DNA from: Felis catus
Lineage: Eukaryota
Length of the DNA: 64,000 bases
Direction of reading: 5' to 3'
NCBI RefSeq assembly: GCF_018350175.1
Contig: NC_058368.1
Span: forward strand, 85,624,001 to 85,688,000
The position numbers were made by a program, and so were the translations under genes. This document shows, piece after piece, positions 1 through 12,052 of this stretch; position 1 is the stretch's first letter, and each line of letters opens with the position of its first letter. The notes under the pieces are model-generated. The model worked only from the letters and a program-made list of their open reading frames with translations. It ran no database searches and was not told where the DNA came from.

Positions 1-1220
1 TCTTTATGAAGGTGTTTATATCTATGCTCATCAGAGATACTGGTCTGTAATTTTCTTTTTCTAGAGTGTTTTTAATGGTTTTGGGGTCAGGATAATGCTG
101 ACCATGTAGAATGAGTTTGGAAATTCCTCTTCTGCTTCTTTTTTTGGAATAGTTTGAGAAGAATGCTATTATCTCTCCTTTAAATGTTTGGTAGAATGCA
201 TCTGTGAAGCCATTTGATCCTGGTGTTTGTTTGTTGGACATTTTTTTTTTATTATTGATTCAATTTCATTGATAGTAATTGGCATATTCAAGTTTTCTAT
301 TTTTTTCTAATTAAGGTTTGGAAAGTTGTATTTTTTAGGTATTTTCCACTTTTTCTAGATTGCCCAACTTCTTGGCATATAGTTTTTCATAGTATTCTCA
401 CATAATCTTTTGTATTTTTGTAGTGTTGGTTGTTATGTCTCCTCCTTTTGCTTTTATTTGAGTCCTCTCTCTCTCTCTTCCTCTCACTCTCTCTCTTCCT
501 GTCTATGAACTTGAGTAAAGGTTTATCAATTTTGTTTCTCTTTTAAAAAAGCCACTTTCTGGTTTCATTGATTGGTTTCATTTTGTGTGTGCATGTGTTT
601 GTATGTGTGTGTTGAGGGTTAATTATCTCTTTCATTTATTTCTTCTCTAATCTTTATCATTTCCTCTGTGCTGGTTTGGAGCTTTGCTCTTCCTTTTCTA
701 GCTCCTTTATTTTTTATTTCTTCTTTGATTTCTTGGTTGACCCAATCATTGTTTGGTAATATGAACTTAACCTGCATGTATTTCTCTTCTTTCTTTCTTT
801 TTTTTTTTTTTAATTTATCTACAGTTTCATATTGTGGTTGGGAAAGAGGCATGATGTGACTTCAATATTTTAAAATGTTTTATGGCATAAAATGTGATCT
901 ATTTTGTGATCTATTTTGAAAAATGTTCTACATTCATTTGAAAAGAATGTGTATTCTGCTGCTTTTGGATGGAATGTTCTGAATATACATTTGTAGGGCC
1001 ATTTGATCCAATGTGTCATTTAAAGACAGAGTTTCCTTGTTGATTTTTTCTTTGGACAATCTATTCATTGATGTAAGTGGGTGCTAAAGTCCCCTATTAT
1101 TTTTGCATTTCTGTCAATTTCTTTCTTTATATCTGCTAATAGTTGTTTTATATATTTTGGTACTCCAAAGTTAGTGCATAAATATTTATAATAAGTATGG
1201 CCTCTTGTTGGCTGTTCCCA

Positions 1221-1322
1221 TTAATAATAATACATTATTATCGATAATAATACATTATTATCGGTAATAATGTGTTATTATCAATAATAATGTATTATTA
1301 TCAATAATAATGTATTATTATT
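1221..1322. repeat. Five 20-bp AT-rich tandem units forming a ~100-bp palindrome
   Basis: 1223-1260 is the reverse complement of 1285-1322 with one mismatch. Confidence 0.9.
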
Positions 1323-1932
1323 ATTTGTCTCTATTTCAGTCTTTGTTTTAAGGTCTATTTTGTCTGATATGTGTATTGCTACCCTATATTTCTTTTTGCT
1401 TCTGTTTTCATGGTACCTGTTTTCCATCCCTTCACTTTAAATCTCCAGGTGTATTTTATCTATATTGCCACACTCTGTCTTCTAACTGCAGCACTTAATC
1501 CATTTCTATTTAAACTAATTTTTGATAGAGATATACTTATTGCCATTTTGTCTGTTGTTTTATGGTAGTTTTTGTGTTTCTATGTTCCTTTCTTTTTCTC
1601 TTGCTCTCTTCCCTTATGGATTGATGGCTTCTTCAGTGATATGTTTAATTTCCTTTTCCTTTTGTGTGTGTGTATTGATTTATGGTTACCATTTGATTTA
1701 TTCATTGATTTATTCATTGATTTATGGTTACCAGGTTTTGATTTATGGTTACCATTTGGTTCATGTATAACACCTTATGCATACAATGGATTATATTAAT
1801 TTAAGCCATTCAAAAAGCACTAAATTTTTACTCCTCTCTCCACATTTTGTGTACATGATGGCATCATTTATATCCTTTTATTTTGTGTTTCTTTTGCCAA
1901 ATTTTATAAATATAACTGATTATAATGCTTTT

Positions 1933-2133
1933 TTTAATGTTTATTTTTGAGACAGAGAGAGGAAGAGTGCAAGCAAGGGTGGGGCAGGAGAAAGGGAGAC
2001 ACAGAATCTGAAACAGGCTCCAGGCTCAGAGCTGTCAGCACAGAACCTGATGCGGGGCTTGAGCCCATGAACCACAAGATCATAACCTGAGCCGAAGTTG
2101 GATCCTCAACCAACTGAACCACCCAGGCACCCC
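1933..2133 (-). mobile_element. Can-SINE (SINEC_Fc-like)
   Basis: tRNA-derived head, (CT)n and A-rich tail. TSD TATAATGCTTTT at 1921-1932 and 2134-2145. Confidence 0.95.
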
Positions 2134-2825
2134 TATAATGCTTTTACATAATGGTTGAATTTACCAGTAAAAGTTTGTTCTTTCATATTTTTGTCACTCC
2201 AGATTATGGTCTTTCCTTTCCATTCAAAGAATTCCTACTAATATTTCCTATGGGGCTGGCTTAGTGATAATAAACTCCTTTATCTTTTGCTTGTCTGGGA
2301 AAATCTATATCTCTCCTTCCAACTTGAATGATAACCTTTCTGGGTCAAGTATTCTTGGTTGAGAGTTTTGTTTACCTTTCAGTACCTTGACTATACCATG
2401 CCATTCCTTTCTGGCTTGCAAAATTTCTGCACAAAAATTATTTGATAACGAGGTTTTTTAGTATGTAACTATTTTGTTTCTTTTTCTGTTTCCTTTTAAA
2501 ATGATCTTTTATCACTGTTTTTTGCCATTTTAATTACTAAGTCTCTTGGTGTGGACCCCGCTGGGTTAATTTTCTTTAGGAATCTCTGTGCCTCCTGTAT
2601 CTGGATATCTGCTTCCTTGTTAAGATTAGAAAATCTTCAGCTATTATTTCTTCAAATGAATTTTCTATCTCTCCTTTTCCCTCTGTGATGCTTATAATGT
2701 GGATGTTATTATGCTTGATGATGTCACTGAGTTCCCTTAACATTTTTTCATTTTTATTATTTTATTTTTTCTGCTGTTCAGTTTGGTTTCTTTTTATTAC
2801 CATCTCTTCCAGGTTGTTGATACAG

Positions 2826-3000
<175 letters not shown>

Positions 3001-5021
3001 TAATCTTTTTTGAATGTCTCACTGATAACTGATATACTCCACTCTTTTCTGAAGTCTACTGTGTATCTTTGTGACCATTACTTTGTTCTCTATCAAACAT
3101 ATTGTTTATCTCTGTTTAATGTAGCTAGTTTGCTGCTGTTTTTCTCCTGTTTGTACATTTGTGACATTGTTACTCTGCCTACTCATTTTGTCCAATTCTA
3201 TGTTTATTTCTAGATATTAGGAAAGTGATCTATGTCTCCTGGTCTTGCAAGTTGTGGCCTTATGATGAAGAGATCTTGTGATGACCTTTAGTGTCTCAGA
3301 ATAAGGTGTTTCAGGGATGTCTCTTGTATGTGTCATACACCCTACTTAGCTGCAGCTGAGCTGTTTGTGTTTTTGGTCCATTTGGGTTCAGTAGTGCAAT
3401 TTGGCTGGTATGGTGTACTGGTCTAGGTTTGATCCCTGTTGTATTAAGGGAACTGCCTGGGGATGCTGTAGGTGTGTAGTAGTGTGGTGTCGACAGTCAA
3501 ATCAGATGAATGCCCTCAATTCACCTGTTAGAACTGTAATCACACTGACATCAGGGCTCTTCTCCTGTGCTGTCTCCTGGGAAAGGGTTTGGCTGGTAGC
3601 GCTGCAATCGCACTGGTGTGTGGGGCTTATTTTCTTTTCTCCCCAGGGCAGGAGACACTTTGGAGTGGCGCTAGTCCCTGCCAGTGCTGCTTGTAGTGTG
3701 TTTCAGGGTAAGGGTTTCTTTGGAGGTAGGCCTATTGAGTGAGGCAGTTTGGATGGGGTGGATAAACAGAAGAATAAGGGGGCAAGGCATGCATGGTAGC
3801 AGGATAGGTTGGGAATGTTTATGCTGGGTCTCAAGCTGGGGGTATAGGGAGAGAAATGGAAATTGCCAGGCCTTTTTTTCCTGAAGAAATCTTCTAAAAT
3901 TTCCTGTACCTTAAGTACACATTCTGAGATTAGTAAATAAATCTCTTTTTTGAATACCCAAAGCTCTTATCCAACTGTTGTTGATGCTATATCTTGATGG
4001 GTTTATTTGTTATATTGTTTCCTTAAGGACAGGGACTCAGTTTCCTATTGCCCTCCAGCTCACCCACAGCTAAACCTACTAATTTTTAAAGTACCCAGAG
4101 TTAAGCTCTGCTGATTATAAAAACCCACAAACTTAGGCCCCACTGATTTTGTAAGCAAAGTGTGAAGATGAATCATCTTCCCAGTGTGGGTCCCACCTGA
4201 CTGGGGTGCATGGTGTGGGGCTGACCTCTCACTTCCCCATGCTTACAATGTCCCCTCCACCCACCATTTTTTGTTAGTCTAGCAAAGGTTTTGGTTCCCA
4301 ACCATATCTCCACCTCTCTCTCTCTCTCTCTCTGTATCTCTCTCTCTCTCTTTCTCTCTCTCTTTTTTTTCTTTTTTTGACTTCTCTATGATTAACTCTG
4401 GAATATCTGATGTGCCAGTTGTTGAGTCATTTTTTGAGTCAGCTTCAGTAATGTGGCTGTTATCTCAGTGCGTGCGTGGAATGAGGTGAGCTTAGGATAC
4501 TCCAACTCTGTTATCTTCCCAGAGTTCTGGACCTAGAGAATCTAAACCTTTATTTACCCTTTTCTTTTGTTGTCAGTGAGGTTGATCCTTTTAACATTTT
4601 ATTTAAAAATACACCAGTACATGAAGTGACAAAGAACTTTTTATGAACTCCTATGTACTTACTACACAGAACTGACAGCTGCATGAATTTTGTGTTACAT
4701 GATTAAAATATATCTGAATGTTGTTTTGGTCTGTTATAATCCATTGTTTTCTTCTTTCTTTTTTCTCAAAGGCTGTTGGTATTTAATACTTACTGTGTAG
4801 AATTAATTTTTTTTTACTTATTTACTCATGACATACATTTTTATAGGTTTATGCAACCATAACTCATACACAGGTTGATCAGTCATCCAGAAAACAATCT
4901 TTATTATGTGTTTAGTTTAGTTAGGCTGCATCCAGTGCACTGGATGAGCAGCATTGAACAATACACAGGTAGCCTTATAGGAGCTTAGGTTTTAGTTTAA
5001 GAAAAATATTACACACAGATA

Positions 5022-5053
<32 letters not shown>

Positions 5054-6617
5054 TAAATTCAGTTAGGCAACATGGATAGTTTAATCACTAATTTAAATGT
5101 CATGGCTGAAACATGCATATTGTAGTATGTGACTTTTGAACTGAGCATTGAATGAAACATATTCAGCCATGATAAAACATCGAAAAAGACCCTGAAATGA
5201 TATTTTCCTCATTGTATCCTATAGTTATAAAAGGGGAATAAACAAAGGGGAGAAAGGATCTCTACTGGGTCAAATTGTGTCCACCCCAAAGGTTTTGAAG
5301 TTGTAGTTCTGCATTATTTGATGATAACTTGAAGCAGGATTCAGAACATGTTAAACATGTGTAATGCTCAAGTTGCATCCTTCCTTGTAGTGTAGGTGAA
5401 GACTTATTTTCAAAAATAAAACCACTTTCTTAGACCCAAGAATATTTTGCCTTCATATATGAAAGAGCACAATTAAATGTGGGTATTTACAGTTGCAGTA
5501 TCTTTAGTAGATTTTAAGCAATGTTTCACCACTAAGAGCTTGCTTAAAATATCTGCATCAAAGAAGCATCTACACTACATCTGTGAGTCCTTCAGAGGCA
5601 GGTGGAGAAGAAAAAGGAGGAGGATGAGATAACACCTCACAATGACCCTGAGGAACTTTTCTGTAGTATGTATATGTACTGTGTGAGTTTCTAGGAATTT
5701 GTACATTTCTACCAAATTGCCCAGTTTGTTAGCATATCACTTTTTAAAGTATTCTTTTGTAAATATTTGAATTCTGTGGTTTTGGTTGTGATCTCTCCTC
5801 TTTCACTTGTGATTTTATTTCTTTGGGTCTTTTCTCTATTGTTTTTGATAAGTTTGGCTAAGGGATTATTAATTTTTATTAATTCTTTCAAAGAACCAGC
5901 TTTTAGTTTTATTGATCTCTTCTACTGCTTTTTGTTTTTGTGTTTGTTTCTGTATTGTTCATTTCTACTCAAATCTTCATTATTTCCCTTCTTATGGTGG
6001 CATTAGACTTCATTTGCTGTTCATTTTCTAACTCTTTTGTGTGGAATGTTATGTTGTGTAATTGGTACTTTTCTTGTTTCTTCATGTAGACCTGTATGTT
6101 AATATACTTCCCTCTTAGGAATGCCTTGCTGCATTGCAAAGATTTTGGGCTCTCATGTTTTCATTTTCATTGGCTGACATGTATTTTTTAATTTATTCTT
6201 TATTTTCTTGGTTAACTCATCTATTCTTTAGTAGGATGTTCTTTAAACTTCATGAATTTGTCATCTTTCCAAATATTTCTTGTAATTTGATTCCAGTTTC
6301 ATAGCATTGTGGTCTGAAAATATTCATGTTATAATCTCCATTTTTTTGTACTGTTGAGGGCTGATTTACGAGCCAGTCTGTCATCTGTTCTAGAGAATAT
6401 TTTAGGTGCAATTGAAAATTATGTGTATTTTCCTGTTTTAAGTTAAAATGTTCTGACTACATCTGTTAATTTAGTTGGTTCAGTGTGTCATTCAAAGCCA
6501 TTGTTTCCTTTTCTGCTTAGATTATCTTTCCATTGGTGTAAGCAGGGTATTCAAGTCCCCTATTATTAGTGTATTAATATCAAAGAGTTTCTTTATATTT
6601 GTTATTAACTGATTTCT

Positions 6618-6850
6618 TTTTTTTTTTCATTTCTTAGTGTTTTATTTATTCTTGAGAGAGAGAGAGAGAGAGAGAGTGCGCGCACATGTGGGGGGAGGGG
6701 CAGAGAGAGAGGGAGACACAGAAACCGAGGCAGTCTCCAGGCTCCGAGCTGTCAGCACAGAGCCTGACACAGGGCCTGAACTCATGAACCATGAGACCAT
6801 GACCTGAGCCGAAGTCAGATGCTTCACCAACTGAGCCACACAGGCACCAC
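6618..6850 (-). mobile_element. Can-SINE
   Basis: Typical body. TSD TATTAA(C/T)TGATTTCT at 6603-6617 and 6854-6868. Confidence 0.95.
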
Positions 6851-7683
6851 TACTATTAATTGATTTCTGTATTTTGGTTCTATAAGTGGAGGAATAAATA
6901 TTTACAATTGTTAGACCTTCTTGGTGGATATAACCCTTAATAATGATATGATGCCTTTCATGTCTTGTTATAGTCTTTGGTTTAAAATCTAGGTTGTCTG
7001 ATATAAGTATGGAAATTCTGGCTTTATTTTGAACATTCATTACCATGATAAATAGTTCTCCATCCCCTCACAATCGATCTGTAGGTGTCTTTAGGTCTAA
7101 AGTCTTTTGTAGGTACCATACGGATGGGTATTGTTTTTTCTCCATTTTGATACCCTATGTCCTTTGATTGGAGCATTTAATCCCGGTACATTCAGACTGA
7201 ATATTGATAGATATTAATAGAGTGGCATTGTGTTACCTGTAACATTGGTGTTTCTGGTGATGTTATCTATTCCTTTCTAGTCTTTGTTGCTTTTGGTCTT
7301 TTTTTCCCTACTCAGAGTTTACTTTAATATTTCTTGCAGGAATGGGTTAGTGTTCATAAACTCCTTTAGTTTTTATTTGTCTGGGAAACTCTTTATGTGT
7401 CTTTCTAAACTAAATGGCATTTTTGCTAGATAAAGTATTCATGGCTGCGTATTTTTCTGATTCATCACATTGCATATATCATCCCACTCCCTTCTGGCCT
7501 TCCCAGTTTCTATGGACAGATCTGCTGTGAGGCTGATCTGTCTTCCCTGGTATATTAAAAACTTTTATTTTTCCTTGCTCCTTTTAGGATTCATTCCTTG
7601 TTTGTGTATTTTGTGAATTTGACTCTGATGTGTCTCGGTGATGACTGACTTTTGTTAAATTTAATGGGAATTCTCAGTGTTAG

Positions 7684-8013
7684 TGTTATGCCCAGAATTT
7701 GTGATCCCCAAATACTGCCAGGGAACTGAGTCCGATGTAAAAGCAAAAGAGCCTTTATTCGAGCTAGCTCGAGCTCAGTCCCCTACCTGCACCAATGCAG
7801 AGGTGAGATACCAGAGAGTGAGTTTCAAAAGGACAAAGGTTTTATTGGGGCCTGGGGGCAGTTGGTTAGGTAATGGCTGTGGCCTCAGCCGATTGGCTGG
7901 ATAAGGGTCGGAGTCCTGTTAGGTGAGCGGAAGGTTACGCAAGGGGAGGAGGTGTGGTCAAGGTGAAGGACACAGAACAAGATGGAGTCAGATGGCATAG
8001 GCCAGCCCTTTCA
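7684..8013 (-). mobile_element. ERV1-like solo LTR (330 bp)
   Basis: TG...CA termini (minus strand starts TGAAAGGG), 5-bp TSD GTTAG at 7679-7683 and 8014-8018, CCAAT, and AATAAA (7754-7759) on the minus strand. Confidence 0.88.
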
Positions 8014-8084
8014 GTTAGATGTCAATTAGTGTTTCCTTCCAAAGATTGGGAAAGTTTTCAGTTATAATATGCTCAAATAAACTT

Positions 8085-11000
8085 CCTTTTAAAAATTTTA
8101 GTTAGGTAATATACAGTGCATCCTTGGTTTCATAAGTAGAATTCAGTGATTCATTACTTATTTACAACACCAAGTACTAATTACAAGTGCCCTCCTTACT
8201 ACCTGTCACCACATCTCCCAACCACCCCCCTCTATCAATCCTCAGTTTGCTATCTATCTTGTGGTTTTTCTACACTATCTTCTCTCCCCTCCCCACTTCC
8301 CCTGTATTCATTTGTTTTGTTTCTTAAATTTCACACATATGAGTGAGACAATATGATATTTGTCTTTCCCTGATTGACTTATTTCAAATAATAATATATT
8401 CTAGCTCATTTCATGTCATTGCAAATGGCAAGGTTTCATTTTTTGATGGCTGAGTAATATATATATATACACACATACACACACCACATCTTCTTTATCC
8501 ATTCATCAGTTGATGGACATTTGGGCTCTCTCTATAGTTCGCTTATTGTTGAAAATGCTGCCATAAATATTGTGATGCATGTACCCCTTCGAATCTGTAT
8601 TTTTCTATCCTTGTGGTAAATAGTGCAGTTGTTGGGTTGTATGGTAGCTTTATTTTTAGTTTCTTGAAGGAACTTCGATACTATTCTCCAGAGTGGCTGC
8701 ATCAGTTTGCATTCACAGCAGCACTGACAGAAGGTTTACCTTCCTCCACATCCTTGTAAGCACCTGTTGCTTTTTGTATGGTTAATTTTAGTCATTCTGA
8801 CAGATATGAAGAGTTATCTCACTGTGGTTTTGAATTGTATTCCCCTATGATATTGATGTTGAGCATCTTTTCATATATCTGTTAGTCATCTGCATATCTT
8901 TTTTGGAAAAATGTCTCTTCATGTCTTCTGCCCATTTCTTAATTGGGGTGTTTGTGTTTGGTTGTTGAGTTTGATATTTTCTTTATAGATATTGGATACT
9001 AACCCTTTACCAGATATGTCATTTGCAAATCTCTTCTCCCATTCCATCAGTTGCCTTTAAGTTTCCTTGATTGTTTCCTTTGTTATGAAGAAAGATTTTA
9101 TCTTGATAAAGTCCCAATAATTAATGTTTGCTTTGTTTCTCTTGCCTTTGGCAATATGTCTAAGTAGAAGTCGCCCAGCCAAGTCAAAGAGGTTGCTTCC
9201 TGTGTTCTCCTCTAGGATTTTGATGATTTTCTCCCTCACATTTGTGTCTTCCTTCCATTTTCAATTATTTTTTTCTACATGGTGTAAGTGTGGGACCCAA
9301 GGAATTTAACAAAAATCCCCTACCCCTGGACAAGCAGAGCAAGACTAACTCCATTTTGTGTTACACCCACCATCTCATGTATAACCCCCACATGACCTAC
9401 TTATTGCTTAAGACACTCCCCCACCCCAGTCAAGCCACTGAGCACACCCTTACTGGAAACCGGCTCATATAGGAATGCGGAGCCCCTAACCGCCAAAGAA
9501 TGTAAACCCCGCATTTTGCCCACCAAACTTGCACGCCAATTCTGACCAGAGTGATAGGCTAGTTCAAACAGTTACTATAGGGTAAATTGTAATTCAATTG
9601 GCCACCTGCCTGTGGACTGACATGACTATGCAACTTTCTGTGTGTGTTACAATCTCATTGGCCACTGACCCCTATAAAACTGCTATGCCTTTTAACCTAG
9701 GGATCCAAGTCCCTGCTCCTCTGTGTCCGGTATACTTGGGCCCAAGCTCGAGCTTCCAAATAAACCCTTGTGCGTTTGCATCGGTATCGGCTCCTTGGTG
9801 GTCTCTCGGATTCGAAATCGGAGGCATTACGGTAAGAATGTAATCTAGTTTCATTTTTCTTCATGTCACCATCCAGTTTTTTCCAACACTATTTGCTGAA
9901 GAGATTTTTATCTAATGGATATTATTTTCTGCTTTGTTGAAGATTATTGAACATATAGTTGTGGGTCCATTTCTGGGTTTTCTGTTCTGTTACATTGCTC
10001 TATATATCCTCCTACTAGCATGCTGTCTTGATAACTACATCTTTGTAATATGGTTTGGAATCCATAATCTCTATGCCTCCAGTTCAGTTTTTTATTTGCA
10101 GGATTCCAAAGCCAGACAAAGACCCCACTAAAAAGGAGAGGGAGGGGTACTAATATCCCTGTTGAACCTGGATGCAAAATTCTCAACAAGATACTAGCAA
10201 ATAAAATTCAACAGTAGATTAAAAGAATTATTCACAATGATCAAGTGAATTTTTTTTCCTGGAATGTGGGTCTGGTTCAATATTTACAGATCAATCAACA
10301 TGATACACCACATTAATAAAAAATTAAAAAAAGAGAGAGATAAGAACCATATGATTCTGTCAGTAGATGCAGAAAAAGCATGTGACATAATTCAGCATCC
10401 ATTCTTGATAAACACCCACAACAAAGTAGGGATAGATGAAACATATTGCAACATCATAAAGGTCATGTATGAAAAACCCAAAGCTACTAAAATCCTTGAC
10501 TTAAAAAAAAATAAATCCTTTCCCCTATAGTCAAGAAGAAGACAAGAATGCCTACCCTCACGATTACCATTTAATATAGCACTGGAAGTCATAGCCTCAG
10601 CAATAAGACAACAAATGGAAATAAAGAGCATCTAATTCAGCAAGGAAAAAATTAAACTTTCACTTTAGCAGGTAACATGATACTCAATGTGGAAAACCCA
10701 AAAGACTCCACCAAAAAATTCTGCAACTAATACATAAATTCAACAATGTTGTAGAATATAAAATTAAGTGCAGAAATATGGTGCTGTTGCACTTCTATGC
10801 ACATAAAATGAAGAAGCAGAAAAAGAAATCAAAGAATCGATCCCTTTTACAATGCACCAAAACCCCATAAGATACTAAGAATAAACCAAACTAAGTAGAA
10901 GAACTGTACTCAGAAAATTATAGAAAACATATGAGAGAAATTGAAGAAAACACAATGAAATAGAAGAGTGTCTCATGTTCATGTATTGGAAGAATAAACA

Positions 11001-11160
11001 TTGTTAAAATGTCTTACTACCCAAAGAAATCACACATATAATGCAATCCCTATCAAAATACCACCATGAAAAATGCATTCTAGTCTAGAAGCTGGACTCT
11101 TTTCAGAGTTAGATCAAGAAATCCTAAAATTTGTATGGAACCACCACAAAACCTGTATAT
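8085..11160 (-). mobile_element. 5'-truncated, 5'-inverted L1 insertion
   Basis: 3' UTR and ORF2 C-terminus on minus (8085 to ~10102). RT region on plus (~10102-11150; WFNIYRSINMIHHINK...HMILSVDAEKA). Flanked by TCAAATAAACTT at 8073-8084 and 11161-11172. Confidence 0.85.
9289..9831 (+). mobile_element. ERV1-like solo LTR (543 bp)
   Basis: Starts TG and ends CG (probably mutated CA). 5-bp TSD GTAAG at 9284-9288 and 9832-9836, TATAAAA at 9673-9679, AATAAA at 9759-9764. Confidence 0.88.
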
Positions 11161-11919
11161 TCAAATAAACTTTCTGCCCCCTTTTCTTTCTCTTCCTTTT
11201 CTAGGATTCCTATTACAGAGATTTTGTTACAATCTAGGGAATCACTGAGTTCACTGAGTCTACCTTTTTTTTTGGCACAATACCTTCCTTTATGTCTTCT
11301 TTTTAGCTTCATTATTTTTCATAATTTTATCCTCTATATCATTGATTTGTTTTTCTGCATTATCAATCCTTACTGTAATGGCATGCAGTTAGGTTATATC
11401 TTGATTATAGTATTTTCAATGGTTATATACTAAACAGTTTTTAGTTATTTTATCTCTGAAGTAAGGGATTCTTTAGTGTTTTCTTTGCTTTAGTGTTTTC
11501 TTTAGTGTTTTCAAGCCCAGCTCATATCCTAATATATATTTTTTAATTCTGTTTCAGACATCACACTTATATTTGTTTTTACTAAATCACTGGTCATTAC
11601 TTCTTTTTCTTTCTTTTGAGATGAATCCCTCCATCTTGTCATTTTCTGTAGGTCACTTGTTTGCTTTCGTGTGTGTGATTTTTTAGGAAAGCCTGCTATA
11701 TATCTGCTCCTGAGAGTAATGCCTGTACTAAGAAGAGGTCCATTTAGAAAGGAGGTTCCTATATGAACTCTGCTATTCTGTTTTGGTTGCTCACACCCTG
11801 AATTCAGTCCTCTGAAGAGTTTCTCCTTGCCTTCAGTGGTGGGGGTAGGTGGTTTGACACCATCCACTGTGTGGAAAATTTTAACTATGTTTGCTTGTTA
11901 AAAGAGGCCAGATCAATAT

Positions 11920-12052
11920 AGAATGGAATGGAATGGAATAAATAAAATAAAATAAAATAAAATAAAATAAAATAAAATAATAAAATAAAATAAAATAAGA
12001 TAAGATAAAATAATAAAACAAAACAAAATAAAATAAAATAATAAAATAAAAT
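11920..12052. repeat. (GAATG)n followed by (TAAAA)n pentanucleotide repeat
   Basis: Directly visible. Confidence 0.95.

Noticed and set aside
1221..1322. CRISPR-like array
   Set aside because: Contiguous tandem units without unique spacers, in mammalian DNA.
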